From: Rubripirellula sp.
Lineage (GTDB): Bacteria; Planctomycetota; Planctomycetia; Pirellulales; Pirellulaceae
DNA: 64,000 nucleotides
Direction: 5' to 3'
Assembly: GCA_051010795.1 (NCBI GenBank)
Contig: JBPCVE010000273.1
Location: 128-64,127, forward strand
The notes beneath the pieces were generated by a model, which did not search any database, was not told where the DNA came from, and saw only the letters and a list, made by a program, of their open reading frames with translations. Below are positions 51,382 to 61,596 of this stretch, piece by piece. The first letter of the stretch is position 1. The number at the start of each line of letters is the position of its first letter. Made by a program: the position numbers and the translations under genes.

Positions 51382-53814
51382 ATGCTTCTGCAGCACGTTG
51401 GACGTGCATGTCTGGCAGTCTCGATTTTGTTCGCCGCTACGACCTGTCAGGTAACCGCTAGTGAAGAGGCAACGACACTCACAGGACTGGAAACCAAGCT
51501 GGCATTTCAACAAGACGTGCTGCCAGTATTGAAGAAGCATTGCTTTGATTGCCACGGAAAGCAGGAGCAGGAAGGCGGAGTGCGACTGGACGTTTTGTCC
51601 CAGAACATGCTTGAGGATCGCAACGCCGCCGAAGTTTGGCATGAGGTCTTGAACGTGGTATCAGCTGGCAAGATGCCGCCCGAAGATGCCTCCACCATGA
51701 CAGCCACAGAAACGAACAAACTGACGCAATGGTTGTCAACGAACATCAACGAGGCAATTGCTGCAAGGCAACAAACTGACGGACGAGTGATTCTGCGAAG
51801 AATGAATCGGCAGGAATACAAGAACACCATGAGGGATTTATTGGGTGTCGACATGGACTACGTTCGGGACCTTCCCCCCGACGCGGTCTCGCCTGATGGA
51901 TTCATCAATGATGGCCAGTCCCTTCGCATGTCCGCCTATCAACTGGAATGCTATCTCGATACAGCGCGCCGCGCGATGGATCGTGTGCTGAAATCAGGTG
52001 AAGCCCCGGAGGTATTCAAACACGAGTTTGAAGAAAGCCGGAACGACAAGTGGATCAGCACGGCAATAAAATCCAATCGCCTGGGTCGGCAGCAGGAATT
52101 CCTTGCCAAGATGAAAGAATATCCTGACGACGGCGAGTTTGTCGTGACGGTGAAACTCACAGCGGAGTTGATACCCGATGGAGGATTTCCACTACTCGAA
52201 GTGTCTGTTGGCTACTGTCCGGACACACAGATTCTGGTCCGAGAATTTGAACCGGTCGAGGTTTCGACCCAAGACGAACAAGTGTTTCAGTTCCGAGGCC
52301 AACTGCAGGACTTTCCCATGCCCGTACGTGGACAGGGCAAGTACCCGGGACTGGTCGTTCGCGTTCGGAATGTCTACGACGATGGGAGTGCACTTCCCAA
52401 AGAACAGAAAGATGATCAGAAAAAAAAGTTCTATCCCGACGAACCACACTTACCAAAGCTGTTGATTCAGTCGGTCCAATTTGAAGGCCCTGTCTTTGAG
52501 CAGTGGCCTCCCACTACACACCAGAAGATTATTCTTGAATCACCCCTGCAGAATGTTTCAGACACAGCATACGTGCGTAAAATCCTGTCAAACTTCATGA
52601 CGCGGGCCTTTCGCCGACCCGTCCATGATGACGAGCTTCAACGCTTCGCTGACCACTACGAAATCATTCGCTCTGACTTTCCTTCCCAAATCGAAGCGTT
52701 GCGGGAAGTACTGGCTTTGGTACTGATTCAACCCGAGTTCCTTTATCTTGTAGAACCGGCCAATGACAAGAAAAGACCTGTCACCGACTGGGAGATGGCA
52801 TCACGCCTGTCGTATTTCCTGTGGAGTACGATGCCGGACCAACACCTGCTGGATTTGGCTGCCAACGGCGACTTGCTGAAAGATACCGTGCTGGTATCGG
52901 AAGTCGAAAGAATGCTGTCCGATCAACGTGCCTCACGTTTTATCGAACAGTTCACCGACCAGTGGCTTCAACTGGACAGACTCGAAAGCATTGCAGTGGA
53001 TACCAAACGGTTCCCGGATGTTGACGAAACATTGAAGCGGGATTTGCGGAAGCAAACCCACGCTCTGGTTGGCAGAGTTCTGAACGAAAACCTGAGTGCA
53101 TTGCAGTTGATCGATGCCGACTTCGTCATGCTCAATGAACGCTTGGCGCGTCACTACGAAATCCCCGGGGTGATGGGAACCAGCATGCGTCCCGTCGAGA
53201 CGCTGCCGGAATACCACCGCGGCGGTCTGTTAACGCAAGGCAGTATCCTGTTGGCAAATTCAACGGGTTCGGACTCGCATCCGATCCGTCGAGCGGTTTG
53301 GGTCCGTGATCGCCTGCTCAATGACCCACCCCTACCTCCACCACCGGATGCACCAACACTGGAGGATGGCGACCCGAAGTTCAGGGAACGTTCGATTCGC
53401 GAGCAATTGGAGATTCACCGCAAAAAAACAGCCTGCAACAATTGCCACCAGAGCCTCGATCCATGGGGTCTTGCTTTGGAGAATTATGATGCAGCCGGTT
53501 TGTATCGCGCTGCACCGAAAACGGAGCAAGGCGGAGAGAAAGAGAAAACGCATCCTACGACTGCGAATCGGTTGCCTAATGGAATAGAATTAGTGGATAC
53601 AGAAGGACTGAAACGTCATCTTCTGACACAACGGGCAGAGGATTTTTCACGTTCACTGGTGATTCATCTTCTGACTTACTCACTTGGCAGGCCGATTCAG
53701 CTGACAGATCGTGAAGCAGTACTCGCGTTGACTTCATCATTCAAGGCTGACGACTATCGTTTTCGGAATTTGATTACCCAATTGGTTCTCAGCTCACCCT
53801 TTCGAACCAAATAG
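51382..53814 (+). CDS. DUF1592-family diheme protein
   Basis: HCFDCHG, MPP, RRMNRQEYKN, RAFRRP, EMASRLSYFLWSTMPD, RGGLLTQG, CNNCH-SLDPWG, YSLGR. Confidence 0.92.
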   Translation: MLLQHVGRACLAVSILFAATTCQVTASEEATTLTGLETKLAFQQDVLPVLKKHCFDCHGKQEQEGGVRLDVLSQNMLEDRNAAEVWHEVLNVVSAGKMPPEDASTMTATETNKLTQWLSTNINEAIAARQQTDGRVILRRMNRQEYKNTMRDLLGVDMDYVRDLPPDAVSPDGFINDGQSLRMSAYQLECYLDTARRAMDRVLKSGEAPEVFKHEFEESRNDKWISTAIKSNRLGRQQEFLAKMKEYPDDGEFVVTVKLTAELIPDGGFPLLEVSVGYCPDTQILVREFEPVEVSTQDEQVFQFRGQLQDFPMPVRGQGKYPGLVVRVRNVYDDGSALPKEQKDDQKKKFYPDEPHLPKLLIQSVQFEGPVFEQWPPTTHQKIILESPLQNVSDTAYVRKILSNFMTRAFRRPVHDDELQRFADHYEIIRSDFPSQIEALREVLALVLIQPEFLYLVEPANDKKRPVTDWEMASRLSYFLWSTMPDQHLLDLAANGDLLKDTVLVSEVERMLSDQRASRFIEQFTDQWLQLDRLESIAVDTKRFPDVDETLKRDLRKQTHALVGRVLNENLSALQLIDADFVMLNERLARHYEIPGVMGTSMRPVETLPEYHRGGLLTQGSILLANSTGSDSHPIRRAVWVRDRLLNDPPLPPPPDAPTLEDGDPKFRERSIREQLEIHRKKTACNNCHQSLDPWGLALENYDAAGLYRAAPKTEQGGEKEKTHPTTANRLPNGIELVDTEGLKRHLLTQRAEDFSRSLVIHLLTYSLGRPIQLTDREAVLALTSSFKADDYRFRNLITQLVLSSPFRTK

Positions 53815-53862
53815 CACTTTCACCATTGGCATCTTCATCAGACGATTGAGGGATCATCAACC

Positions 53863-55218
53863 ATGGCGACTAAATCGTGGCATCTGAACCGACGCACATT
53901 TCTTCGAGGAACCGGAGTCTCGCTGGGATTGCCGTGGCTTGAGTGCATGAGCGGTTCGACCCACGCGGCAGCATCAGAAAAATCCAAGGCAAAACGTTTG
54001 TGTGCTTTCTACTTTGGGTTTGGAGTCAGCCTACCCAAAGAAGACAGCGACCAAGCCAAATGGAGATGGTTTCCCAACGGCGACGGAAAAGAGTTCGAAT
54101 TCACCGAGACACTTCAGCCTCTGGAAAAACACCGTGACCACCTCAGCATTCTGGGTGGTTTGTCACATCCCAATGGTCGACGCATGGGGGCGCATGACAC
54201 GGGCGACACTTTCCTGACGGGTGCCTATCTCAACAACAAGATGCTGCAGAATACGGTTTCGGTTGACCAGGTGGCTGCGCTGGCAGCGTCAGAACAAACC
54301 CGTTTTTCTTCTTTGGTAATGTCAACCGATGGCGGTGTCGGCGAACCGACTCGTTCCAGCACTCTGTCATACGATCACAAAGGCCGCCCCCTGCCTGCCC
54401 TGAATCAGCCGCAGCAGATATTCGATCGTTTCTTTGGTGCGGGAGACGCAGACGTGCTTCGCAAGCAGCGGCGTCTCAGGAGTGCTGCAGGCATGCTGGA
54501 TCGTGTTTTAGAAGATTCCAAATCACTGCGAAAACGACTGGGCAATCACGACCGCGAAAAACTTGATGAATATCTTGCATCGGTCGAAGAAATTGAACGG
54601 GGCGTGCAACGATCCCAGCAGTGGCTTGAAGTGCCTCGTCCCGAATTGAGTGATCAAGATCGTGAAACGCTGCATCTGGAAGCGGACGATGAGGCTCCCA
54701 GAAATTTCATTCGTACCATGTACGACCTGATCTATCTGGCATTCAGGACCGATTCAACACGCGTAGCGACTTACCAAATCACCAACATGGCGGACTGCTC
54801 GTCCAAAGCGGCCAAGTTCCCTCAACTGGAAGGTTTCAAGTCTTCGCTTCATTCACTTGCCCACGACTGGAACAAACCCGGTGGCGCCGAGGCTCTCAGT
54901 CGCTGGGATCAATTCATGGCCGAACAACTCTCGTATTTCCTTGACCGAATGTCAGACTCAAAAGAGAACGAGGCTTCACTGCTGGACAACACAGTGGTCC
55001 TGTACGGCAGCAGCAACAGCACCACGCACAACAACCGAAATTACCCGTTGGTATTGGCTGGTGGTGGAGACCTGGGTCTGCAACACGGACAGTACCTGCG
55101 ATTCGAAGAAAAAATTCCGATGTCAAATCTGTTGTTGACCATGCTGCATTGTGTTGGCTCGGAACAGGAAACTTTTTCCGACAGCACCAATGATTTGACA
55201 GACATCCTGAAGTCCTGA
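53863..55218 (+). CDS. DUF1552 family protein (Tat signal)
   Basis: LNRRTFLRG...LPWLECM; GAHDTG, LAFRTDSTRV, HSLAH, LLDNTVVLYGS, THNNRNYP. Confidence 0.92.
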   Translation: MATKSWHLNRRTFLRGTGVSLGLPWLECMSGSTHAAASEKSKAKRLCAFYFGFGVSLPKEDSDQAKWRWFPNGDGKEFEFTETLQPLEKHRDHLSILGGLSHPNGRRMGAHDTGDTFLTGAYLNNKMLQNTVSVDQVAALAASEQTRFSSLVMSTDGGVGEPTRSSTLSYDHKGRPLPALNQPQQIFDRFFGAGDADVLRKQRRLRSAAGMLDRVLEDSKSLRKRLGNHDREKLDEYLASVEEIERGVQRSQQWLEVPRPELSDQDRETLHLEADDEAPRNFIRTMYDLIYLAFRTDSTRVATYQITNMADCSSKAAKFPQLEGFKSSLHSLAHDWNKPGGAEALSRWDQFMAEQLSYFLDRMSDSKENEASLLDNTVVLYGSSNSTTHNNRNYPLVLAGGGDLGLQHGQYLRFEEKIPMSNLLLTMLHCVGSEQETFSDSTNDLTDILKS

Positions 55219-55244
55219 CCCGCTCAGGCCGGTCAGCCGATTAT

Positions 55245-57086
55245 CTACCGCCCGATCTGTCCCGTCGCATACAGTAATCGCAACTGCGACCGATTGTATC
55301 CTGCAACGGCAACAGTGCGATCCTCAAGGCTCGCTGCACGAGCCTGAATGGCCTGCAACAACTCAATCGGAAGACCCTCATCAGCACGAACACGCAACAG
55401 ATTACGATCGTAACTTGATTCTGCCATTGCCAAAGATTCATTGGCCGAATCAATCTGCATTCGATAGTTCAGGACATTCTCCCGCTGCGATATCACCTCC
55501 GCCGTGATTTCATCGCGAAGGTCTGACAATTCGGTCCGGCTCTGAGCCAAACGACTGCCAGCGCGGTTGCGTTTTGCAACAACCCCCACCCCCAGGCTTT
55601 CGAGTTGCCATAGAGCCTGCACATCGAGGTCGGCTCTTCCCGCCTGATTGTCGATTTCAGATCCTTTACCTCCACCAAAGCTGCCGCCACTGCTCGTGAC
55701 TGCAACAAGCGGAATCCAGGGTGCTACTTGCTGCTTCTTGACTTCGAGACAGAGGCTGGCAATCTCATGCCCCAATTCACTGACTTCCGGACGCTTTGAA
55801 AGTGCTGTCTGAATCAGTATTTCCTGATCACTGGAATCGGCCAACAGTTCCAGCGGAACAATCACTTGATCGGCAGGATGCAATTCGAACCTCGGATCCA
55901 GCCGCAACCGTCGAGCAAGGGATGCTGAACGTGTGCGGAAGAGCCTCTGGGAATTGTGCAATTTCTGCTCTAGCCGGGCTTTGGCAGTCGCAGCCCGATC
56001 AACGTCAGCCTGCGCCCCCGCACCTGCTACTGCAAATGTTTCGGTCAGATTCAGCAACTGCTGGACCGCAGCCATGGCAGCCTCAGTGTCCGCGATTTGC
56101 CCCGCCGCCTGCAAAAGATCAACATAAGCCAACCCGGCATTCAGGAGAGCGTCGTTTTTTGCAACCGACACACCCGCCCGGCTAGCCGACCACTGCCGTG
56201 TTGCGATTTTTGGATTGAAGTACGCATCTACCAGTGCCAGATCTGCGAACAAGCGAAGCGGCCCACCGCTACCACCGGCAACCGGAGCGGTGCCGAGCGT
56301 TGCCCCGCCTCCGACAAACAGGGAACCCCGTGACGCTTCGATGACATTTCCATCTGTCGCTTGAATACGGCCACTGTGATTGTTCCACCCCACCCCAAAC
56401 TGCAGCGTGGGCAACCACAACGCTTCGGCCTGCTGCAAATTGGCATGGGCCTCAACGGTCTTCTGCCGTGCCAATTGAATGGCCCACGCATTACCTCCTG
56501 CCATTGCCAACGCGGATGCCAAATCAATTCCCTGGGCAGTATCGATCAGGCCAACCTCTTCCCTACCACCAGCCGTCACCACGATCGGCGATGCAAGTGT
56601 TGTGCTGTCGACACTCTTGTCACTGATGGTCGCATGGGCCGGAGATCCCGCCTCAGGCAATACCTGAATCAAATCACTGTTTGACCCGGCATCCAAATCA
56701 CTGGGTGACCCGGGATCGTCCTGCGGCCCTGGCTTCGGAACCGGAGCCTGCTGCATTTCAGCATTCACTTTTCTCAGTTGGTCCTGCGCGGCAGCATTGA
56801 GTGCCAACAAGTCACTTTGAGAGCGTTGTTTGAACACCGCCAGTTGAGCTTTGGTAGCGTCAGTTTCGATTTGCGATGTCCCTCGCCGCGGGTCCAATCT
56901 GGAGAACCAGGATTCTTGATCGGTCGAGGTAGAAGTAACCGCACATCCAACGGTTGGCAAAAGGCATAGCGTGAGCCAATGGCGTCGATGCCAGGAGCGA
57001 CTACGCTTTGCTCGATATTTTTCAGGCACTTCTGCCTCCTTGCGCTTCTGTGTATTGCCGTTCGTGGCGACTCGTTTGATGATCAA
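55245..57086 (-). CDS. TolC-family outer-membrane efflux protein (probable lipoprotein)
   Basis: Lipobox-like PTVGC; two OEP repeats (AYVDLL...AGAGAQADV; EGLPIELLQA...YNRSQLRLLYATG); start may be downstream. Confidence 0.85.
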   Translation of the reverse strand: MIIKRVATNGNTQKRKEAEVPEKYRAKRSRSWHRRHWLTLCLLPTVGCAVTSTSTDQESWFSRLDPRRGTSQIETDATKAQLAVFKQRSQSDLLALNAAAQDQLRKVNAEMQQAPVPKPGPQDDPGSPSDLDAGSNSDLIQVLPEAGSPAHATISDKSVDSTTLASPIVVTAGGREEVGLIDTAQGIDLASALAMAGGNAWAIQLARQKTVEAHANLQQAEALWLPTLQFGVGWNNHSGRIQATDGNVIEASRGSLFVGGGATLGTAPVAGGSGGPLRLFADLALVDAYFNPKIATRQWSASRAGVSVAKNDALLNAGLAYVDLLQAAGQIADTEAAMAAVQQLLNLTETFAVAGAGAQADVDRAATAKARLEQKLHNSQRLFRTRSASLARRLRLDPRFELHPADQVIVPLELLADSSDQEILIQTALSKRPEVSELGHEIASLCLEVKKQQVAPWIPLVAVTSSGGSFGGGKGSEIDNQAGRADLDVQALWQLESLGVGVVAKRNRAGSRLAQSRTELSDLRDEITAEVISQRENVLNYRMQIDSANESLAMAESSYDRNLLRVRADEGLPIELLQAIQARAASLEDRTVAVAGYNRSQLRLLYATGQIGR

Positions 57087-58162
57087 TTTTCTTCACTTGC
57101 CGTGACGCTGGCCGAACCGTATTGGCCACTCAGGAATTGATATCGCCCGGTCTTTTCATCAAACGTATTTTGCAGATCAATTTCGACCCGCATCGTGCGA
57201 GTTGTCATATCAAGGGTTTGACTGATTCGACTGACTTCCAGCGGACCGCCTCCGGGTGCAGTTACTTTGCCCGCCTCAGGAAAACCGATCAGCTTTACAG
57301 GATCGCCGATCTGAACCATGGCTGCATCATCTGCGGGAACAGTGAGAACCCCCCGCATCACATCCACATGTTCAATCACAAGCAAAGGCTTGCCATTGAC
57401 ATTTCCAAGACTGACCAATTGTCCCGGATCGACAGAGCGTTCCGTGATGATTCCATCGAATGGCGCTTTGATTTGTCGAAGTTGGTCTTGAGCCGACGCA
57501 TGACTGAGTTCCGCTTTGGCAACCTCAATGCCAGACCTTGCATACTCGGCCTCATTGACAGCAGCACCGACATCAGCCTGCGCTGCTGCAATGTCGGCAT
57601 CCACCTTTGCGATTGCAGCGGTCACTGCACTGACAGCAAATACAGCTTCATCAAGCATTTCCCTTTGCACCGCACCACCATCAACCAAAGCCCGGTAGCG
57701 GTCTCGAACACTCATTTTCAGATTCAACAGCGCCTGCTGCTCCTGTCTGGCAGATTGAGCCTGACTCAGCTTTGCTTTGGCAATCTCAATCATGCCTTCA
57801 CTGACACTCAACTTGGCCTGTGCCTGCTGGAGCATTCGCTGCCTCCGCAGAACGGTCGCTTCCAACTCGGGTGCGTCCAAGGTAACGAGCACCTTTCCCT
57901 TCATCACGCGTTCACCGATATCACCATGAACAGTCGCAACATAGCCCTCCACGCGGGCCCGCAGTTCGGTTTTCAGATCCCCCTCAAGGATGATCGGAAG
58001 TCGCACTTTTATGTTCTCCGAGTCTTGCGCAGAAGCGACCGACGCAAGTGGAAAAAACCCCAAGAAACCGACGAGCGAGACACACGAAATTCGAATGATA
58101 GAGTTCATCTCAATTATTTTCCAAATGGGCATTTCAGGTCGCAATCGCCGCAGGATATTCAT
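57083..58162 (-). CDS. RND periplasmic adaptor (membrane fusion protein)
   Basis: ARVEGYV...DIGERVMKGKVL lipoyl half, long alpha hairpin, IKAPFDGIIT, LDMTTRTMRVE; start may be ATG 58108 (MNSII). Confidence 0.88.
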   Translation of the reverse strand: MNILRRLRPEMPIWKIIEMNSIIRISCVSLVGFLGFFPLASVASAQDSENIKVRLPIILEGDLKTELRARVEGYVATVHGDIGERVMKGKVLVTLDAPELEATVLRRQRMLQQAQAKLSVSEGMIEIAKAKLSQAQSARQEQQALLNLKMSVRDRYRALVDGGAVQREMLDEAVFAVSAVTAAIAKVDADIAAAQADVGAAVNEAEYARSGIEVAKAELSHASAQDQLRQIKAPFDGIITERSVDPGQLVSLGNVNGKPLLVIEHVDVMRGVLTVPADDAAMVQIGDPVKLIGFPEAGKVTAPGGGPLEVSRISQTLDMTTRTMRVEIDLQNTFDEKTGRYQFLSGQYGSASVTASEEN

Positions 58163-61100
58163 CCGTCGAAGTAACGGTTTTTCTTTTCATCAAGACATAC
58201 AGACAGGGCACAACCACCAGCGAGAGAACGGTCGCTCCGATCACACCACCAATGATCGCTCTTGCCAGAGGTGCGTTGGTACCACTGCCACCAAAACCTA
58301 TCGCCATGGGCAGCAAAGCAAGCCACGTCGTCAATGAGGTCATCAAAATGGGCCGCAAGCGGATGCGAGCGGCATCGATCACGGCATCAGTTGGTGATTT
58401 TCCATCTGCCATGCGTCGATTCGCGAAGTCCACCAGAACGATGGAATACTCCACCACGATTCCGATCATCATCACAATTCCCATCAGAGCAGGCACAGAG
58501 AGATGAGTATTGGTTGCGAACAGCAGCATCACCACACCGACATACCCCAACGGAACGGTCAGAAGAACAATCAGGGGATCGGTAAAGCTACGGAACTGGA
58601 CGACCATCACCAAGTAAACCAACAGGGTTGCAATGACCAATCCGATACTCAACTGCGAGAACGAATCACGCATTAATTTGACTTCACCCATCATTCGGTA
58701 ACTCGTCCCAGCAAATTCATCGGCGTTCAGATTGGCAATCGGACCACGATCGTCAACACCCAGCGTCACCCCCAGCTGTTCGTCTGCCTCGAGGCGGCGT
58801 TCAATTTCCGTGACAACACGCCCGACGTCATAACCCGGCAGGACGCCTGCATAGACATCCGTGACACGTGAAATATTTCGGTGATGAACGACGGCTGGCC
58901 CTTCGGTGTGCTTGATTTCAGCAACGCTGCCGAGACGTCTCATTGCATGGTCACCTCCCATCACCGGGATGTCACGAATCGTTTGTTCGCTATTGAGATC
59001 CTCTTCGCGATATTGGACGCCAAAGAAATAGTGGTTGCCCTTGTTCTTGTCGATCCAAAAAGTGGGTTCAAAGTTGATCGTACTGTTGGTAGCTGCCACC
59101 AGGTTGGTCATCACGTCCTTGGGAGTGATTTGCATGCGGGCAGCCAGTTCACGATTCATTTCGACTTCGAGCGCTGGATAATCGATCCGTTGTGCGATTC
59201 GAACATCGGTGGCCCCTGGCACCTTGTCCGCTGTATCGCGGATGATGGCTGCGATTTTCTGAGCCTTTTCCAAGTCACTGCACTGCACTTGAAAATGGAT
59301 GGGGGCAGGCTCACCCATGTTCAATGCCGCAGTCAGCATCCCACCGGTATCGAATGAGATCTCAACATTTGGAAACTTCTTTGACAACAACTTTCGAAGA
59401 TCAACGACATAGCTGTCAGCATCACGTGTTTGTGCACGATTTTTCAACTGAACCAACATGAAAGCATCCATGGGTCCGGTATTCGGTGTATAAGCCGCCG
59501 GCCAGTCCATCAAGACGCCGATGTTCGAAATCAACAACTGCAAAGCCGAATCAGGATGCTCCTGATTGTTTGGGTCGAGAGCAAAGGCAGGGTCGGGTTC
59601 GCCAATCTGGTCAATGATGGTGGCTTCAATCTCCTTCATTACCTTTTCGGTTTCTTCGATCCGTGTCCCCGATGGCAGCCTCACGTACATCGTGATTTGT
59701 CCGCTATCGACCGCGGGGAACAACTCCTGCCCCTGCCGCATGCTCAACAAAACGGCAAGCACAAATGCCGCAACCGAACCGCCAACCACCAGCCATCGTG
59801 CCGCGATTGCCCTTCGCAACAGATCAGCAAACCAACCGATGTTTTGCTCTTCCTCGTTTTCGTCAACTGCATCCTGACGGGGCAACAAGTAAGCGCAGTA
59901 GGCGGGGACGAGCGTAATGGACAGAAGAAACGAGGCAAAAATGGCAACCACCGCGGAAATAGCCAACGGTGCAAACAGAAATCGCGTCAAGCCCGAAAGA
60001 AAAATAACGGGCAGGAATACCACCGCGAAAGTCAGAGTTGAAACAAGAATCGGTCCGAGGACCTCCGAGGTCCCATCAGCGGCAGCGTCGAATGGTTTCT
60101 TGCCCATCTGCGCGTGCCGAACAATATTTTCGATCACCACAATCGATTGGTCGACCAAAATCCCGATGGCCAACGCCAAGCCACCAAGTGTCATGGCATT
60201 GATTGAATCACCAGTAAAAAACATGACCAGAAAAGATGCAATGATGGCAATGGGGATGGCCACCAACACAATGGCAGTCAGTCGTAAATTACGCAAGAAA
60301 ACCAACACCACCAGACCTGCCAATAATGCTCCCAATGCACCAGCCAATTGCAAACTTGCAATCGAAGATCGGACCCCAACGGACTGGTCCATGGCAACGC
60401 TGAGCACCAACGACTTCATCTTGGGATCTTCTGCTCGCTCATTTTTCAGTCGCACAAGAATCGTCGAAAGCTGCGCGTTAATACGATCAACAATTTCAAT
60501 CGTGTTTGCACCAGGCTGGCGATAAATCGGGATATAAACCTGCCTGGAACCATTGATGCGAACGATGTTTGACTGGATCTGCGAAGCGTTCTTGACCTCA
60601 CCCACATCACTCATCAAGACGGGAACTCCATTCACGACACGAATAGGAGTGCTATTGAGTTCGTCAATCTTTTCAGGAATTGCATTGGTAAAGATCTGAA
60701 GATCCTGCTTCCCGATTTTGATACTGCCCGCCGGGATCAACACATTCTGCTTGCGCAATGACTCCTGCACGTCCATCAGAGTCAAACCATATGCCTCAAG
60801 CTTTTCGGCATCCACATAGGCAAGAATTCGCCTCAGCTTTCCTCCATACACCGCTGGAGCAATGACCCCACTGATCGACTGCAACTTATTCCGTAATTCG
60901 TAATAGGCGATGTCGTAGAGTTCCTGCTCATCCATTTCAGGGTTGCTGACCACCACCAGGCAAAGCGGAACACTGGCAGTTGGATCAAACGGCATCACCA
61001 TCGGTGGAATCGTGCCTGGCGGCAGATAAAACATATCACTCATCGCATAGGACGAGACCTGCGCCATCGCTTCCGCATTACTGATGCCCTCAGTGAAAAA

Positions 61101-61370
61101 GTCCTTCACCACACAGACACCTTGCATCGCCTTGGCTTCCTGATGCTCGATGCCTACCGACTGAGCAGTCCAACGCTGCAAGCGACTCATGATGTCCTTT
61201 TCCATCACCTCCGGTGGCATGCCGGGATAGAAACACACAATCTGAACTGCAGGCGTGTCGAATTGCGGTAGCAGGTCTGCTGGAATTCGTGTGTAGGCGT
61301 AACCACCGAGCACGATTGTCATCAATGCAGTGACAATGATCAGGTGGGGCTTGGCTAGAATCCGACGCAT
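58134..61370 (-). CDS. RND efflux permease (AcrB/CusA superfamily)
   Basis: INAMTLGGLALAIGILVDQSIVVIEN, VFLPV, FPAVDSG, RLRPILMTSLTT, PLARAIIGG; about 1080 aa. Confidence 0.93.
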   Translation of the reverse strand: MRRILAKPHLIIVTALMTIVLGGYAYTRIPADLLPQFDTPAVQIVCFYPGMPPEVMEKDIMSRLQRWTAQSVGIEHQEAKAMQGVCVVKDFFTEGISNAEAMAQVSSYAMSDMFYLPPGTIPPMVMPFDPTASVPLCLVVVSNPEMDEQELYDIAYYELRNKLQSISGVIAPAVYGGKLRRILAYVDAEKLEAYGLTLMDVQESLRKQNVLIPAGSIKIGKQDLQIFTNAIPEKIDELNSTPIRVVNGVPVLMSDVGEVKNASQIQSNIVRINGSRQVYIPIYRQPGANTIEIVDRINAQLSTILVRLKNERAEDPKMKSLVLSVAMDQSVGVRSSIASLQLAGALGALLAGLVVLVFLRNLRLTAIVLVAIPIAIIASFLVMFFTGDSINAMTLGGLALAIGILVDQSIVVIENIVRHAQMGKKPFDAAADGTSEVLGPILVSTLTFAVVFLPVIFLSGLTRFLFAPLAISAVVAIFASFLLSITLVPAYCAYLLPRQDAVDENEEEQNIGWFADLLRRAIAARWLVVGGSVAAFVLAVLLSMRQGQELFPAVDSGQITMYVRLPSGTRIEETEKVMKEIEATIIDQIGEPDPAFALDPNNQEHPDSALQLLISNIGVLMDWPAAYTPNTGPMDAFMLVQLKNRAQTRDADSYVVDLRKLLSKKFPNVEISFDTGGMLTAALNMGEPAPIHFQVQCSDLEKAQKIAAIIRDTADKVPGATDVRIAQRIDYPALEVEMNRELAARMQITPKDVMTNLVAATNSTINFEPTFWIDKNKGNHYFFGVQYREEDLNSEQTIRDIPVMGGDHAMRRLGSVAEIKHTEGPAVVHHRNISRVTDVYAGVLPGYDVGRVVTEIERRLEADEQLGVTLGVDDRGPIANLNADEFAGTSYRMMGEVKLMRDSFSQLSIGLVIATLLVYLVMVVQFRSFTDPLIVLLTVPLGYVGVVMLLFATNTHLSVPALMGIVMMIGIVVEYSIVLVDFANRRMADGKSPTDAVIDAARIRLRPILMTSLTTWLALLPMAIGFGGSGTNAPLARAIIGGVIGATVLSLVVVPCLYVLMKRKTVTSTDEYPAAIAT

Positions 61371-61542
61371 GAATGGGTCTCGTGAAGTGGGTAGGACCAC
61401 GTTGGAATCCGGAACGTCTGCGCAGCGGTGCCGGATCACACCATTCGAATCTATCGTATCCCTACAACCCTCACCGTTAGCATTTATTACTTAATCCGCA
61501 CATCTTGTCCCCAGCCACGGCGTCCTCATGCTCCGACTGCAG

Positions 61543-61596
61543 GGTAGTGAATCTGCGTTTCAGGTAGCGAAACAACGCTTCCGGTAGTAAATCTGC
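61543..61596. repeat. three GGTAGYRAA-core units at a 20-bp period upstream of the RND operon
   Basis: ggtagtgaatctgc (61543), ggtagcgaaacaac (61563), ggtagtaaatctgc (61583). Confidence 0.65.

Noticed and set aside
57122-58174. 350-aa plus-strand ORF, and similar long ORFs at 7791-8666, 9095-9883 and 21381-22193
   Set aside because: Each lies antisense to a well-supported gene and has no recognisable motifs.
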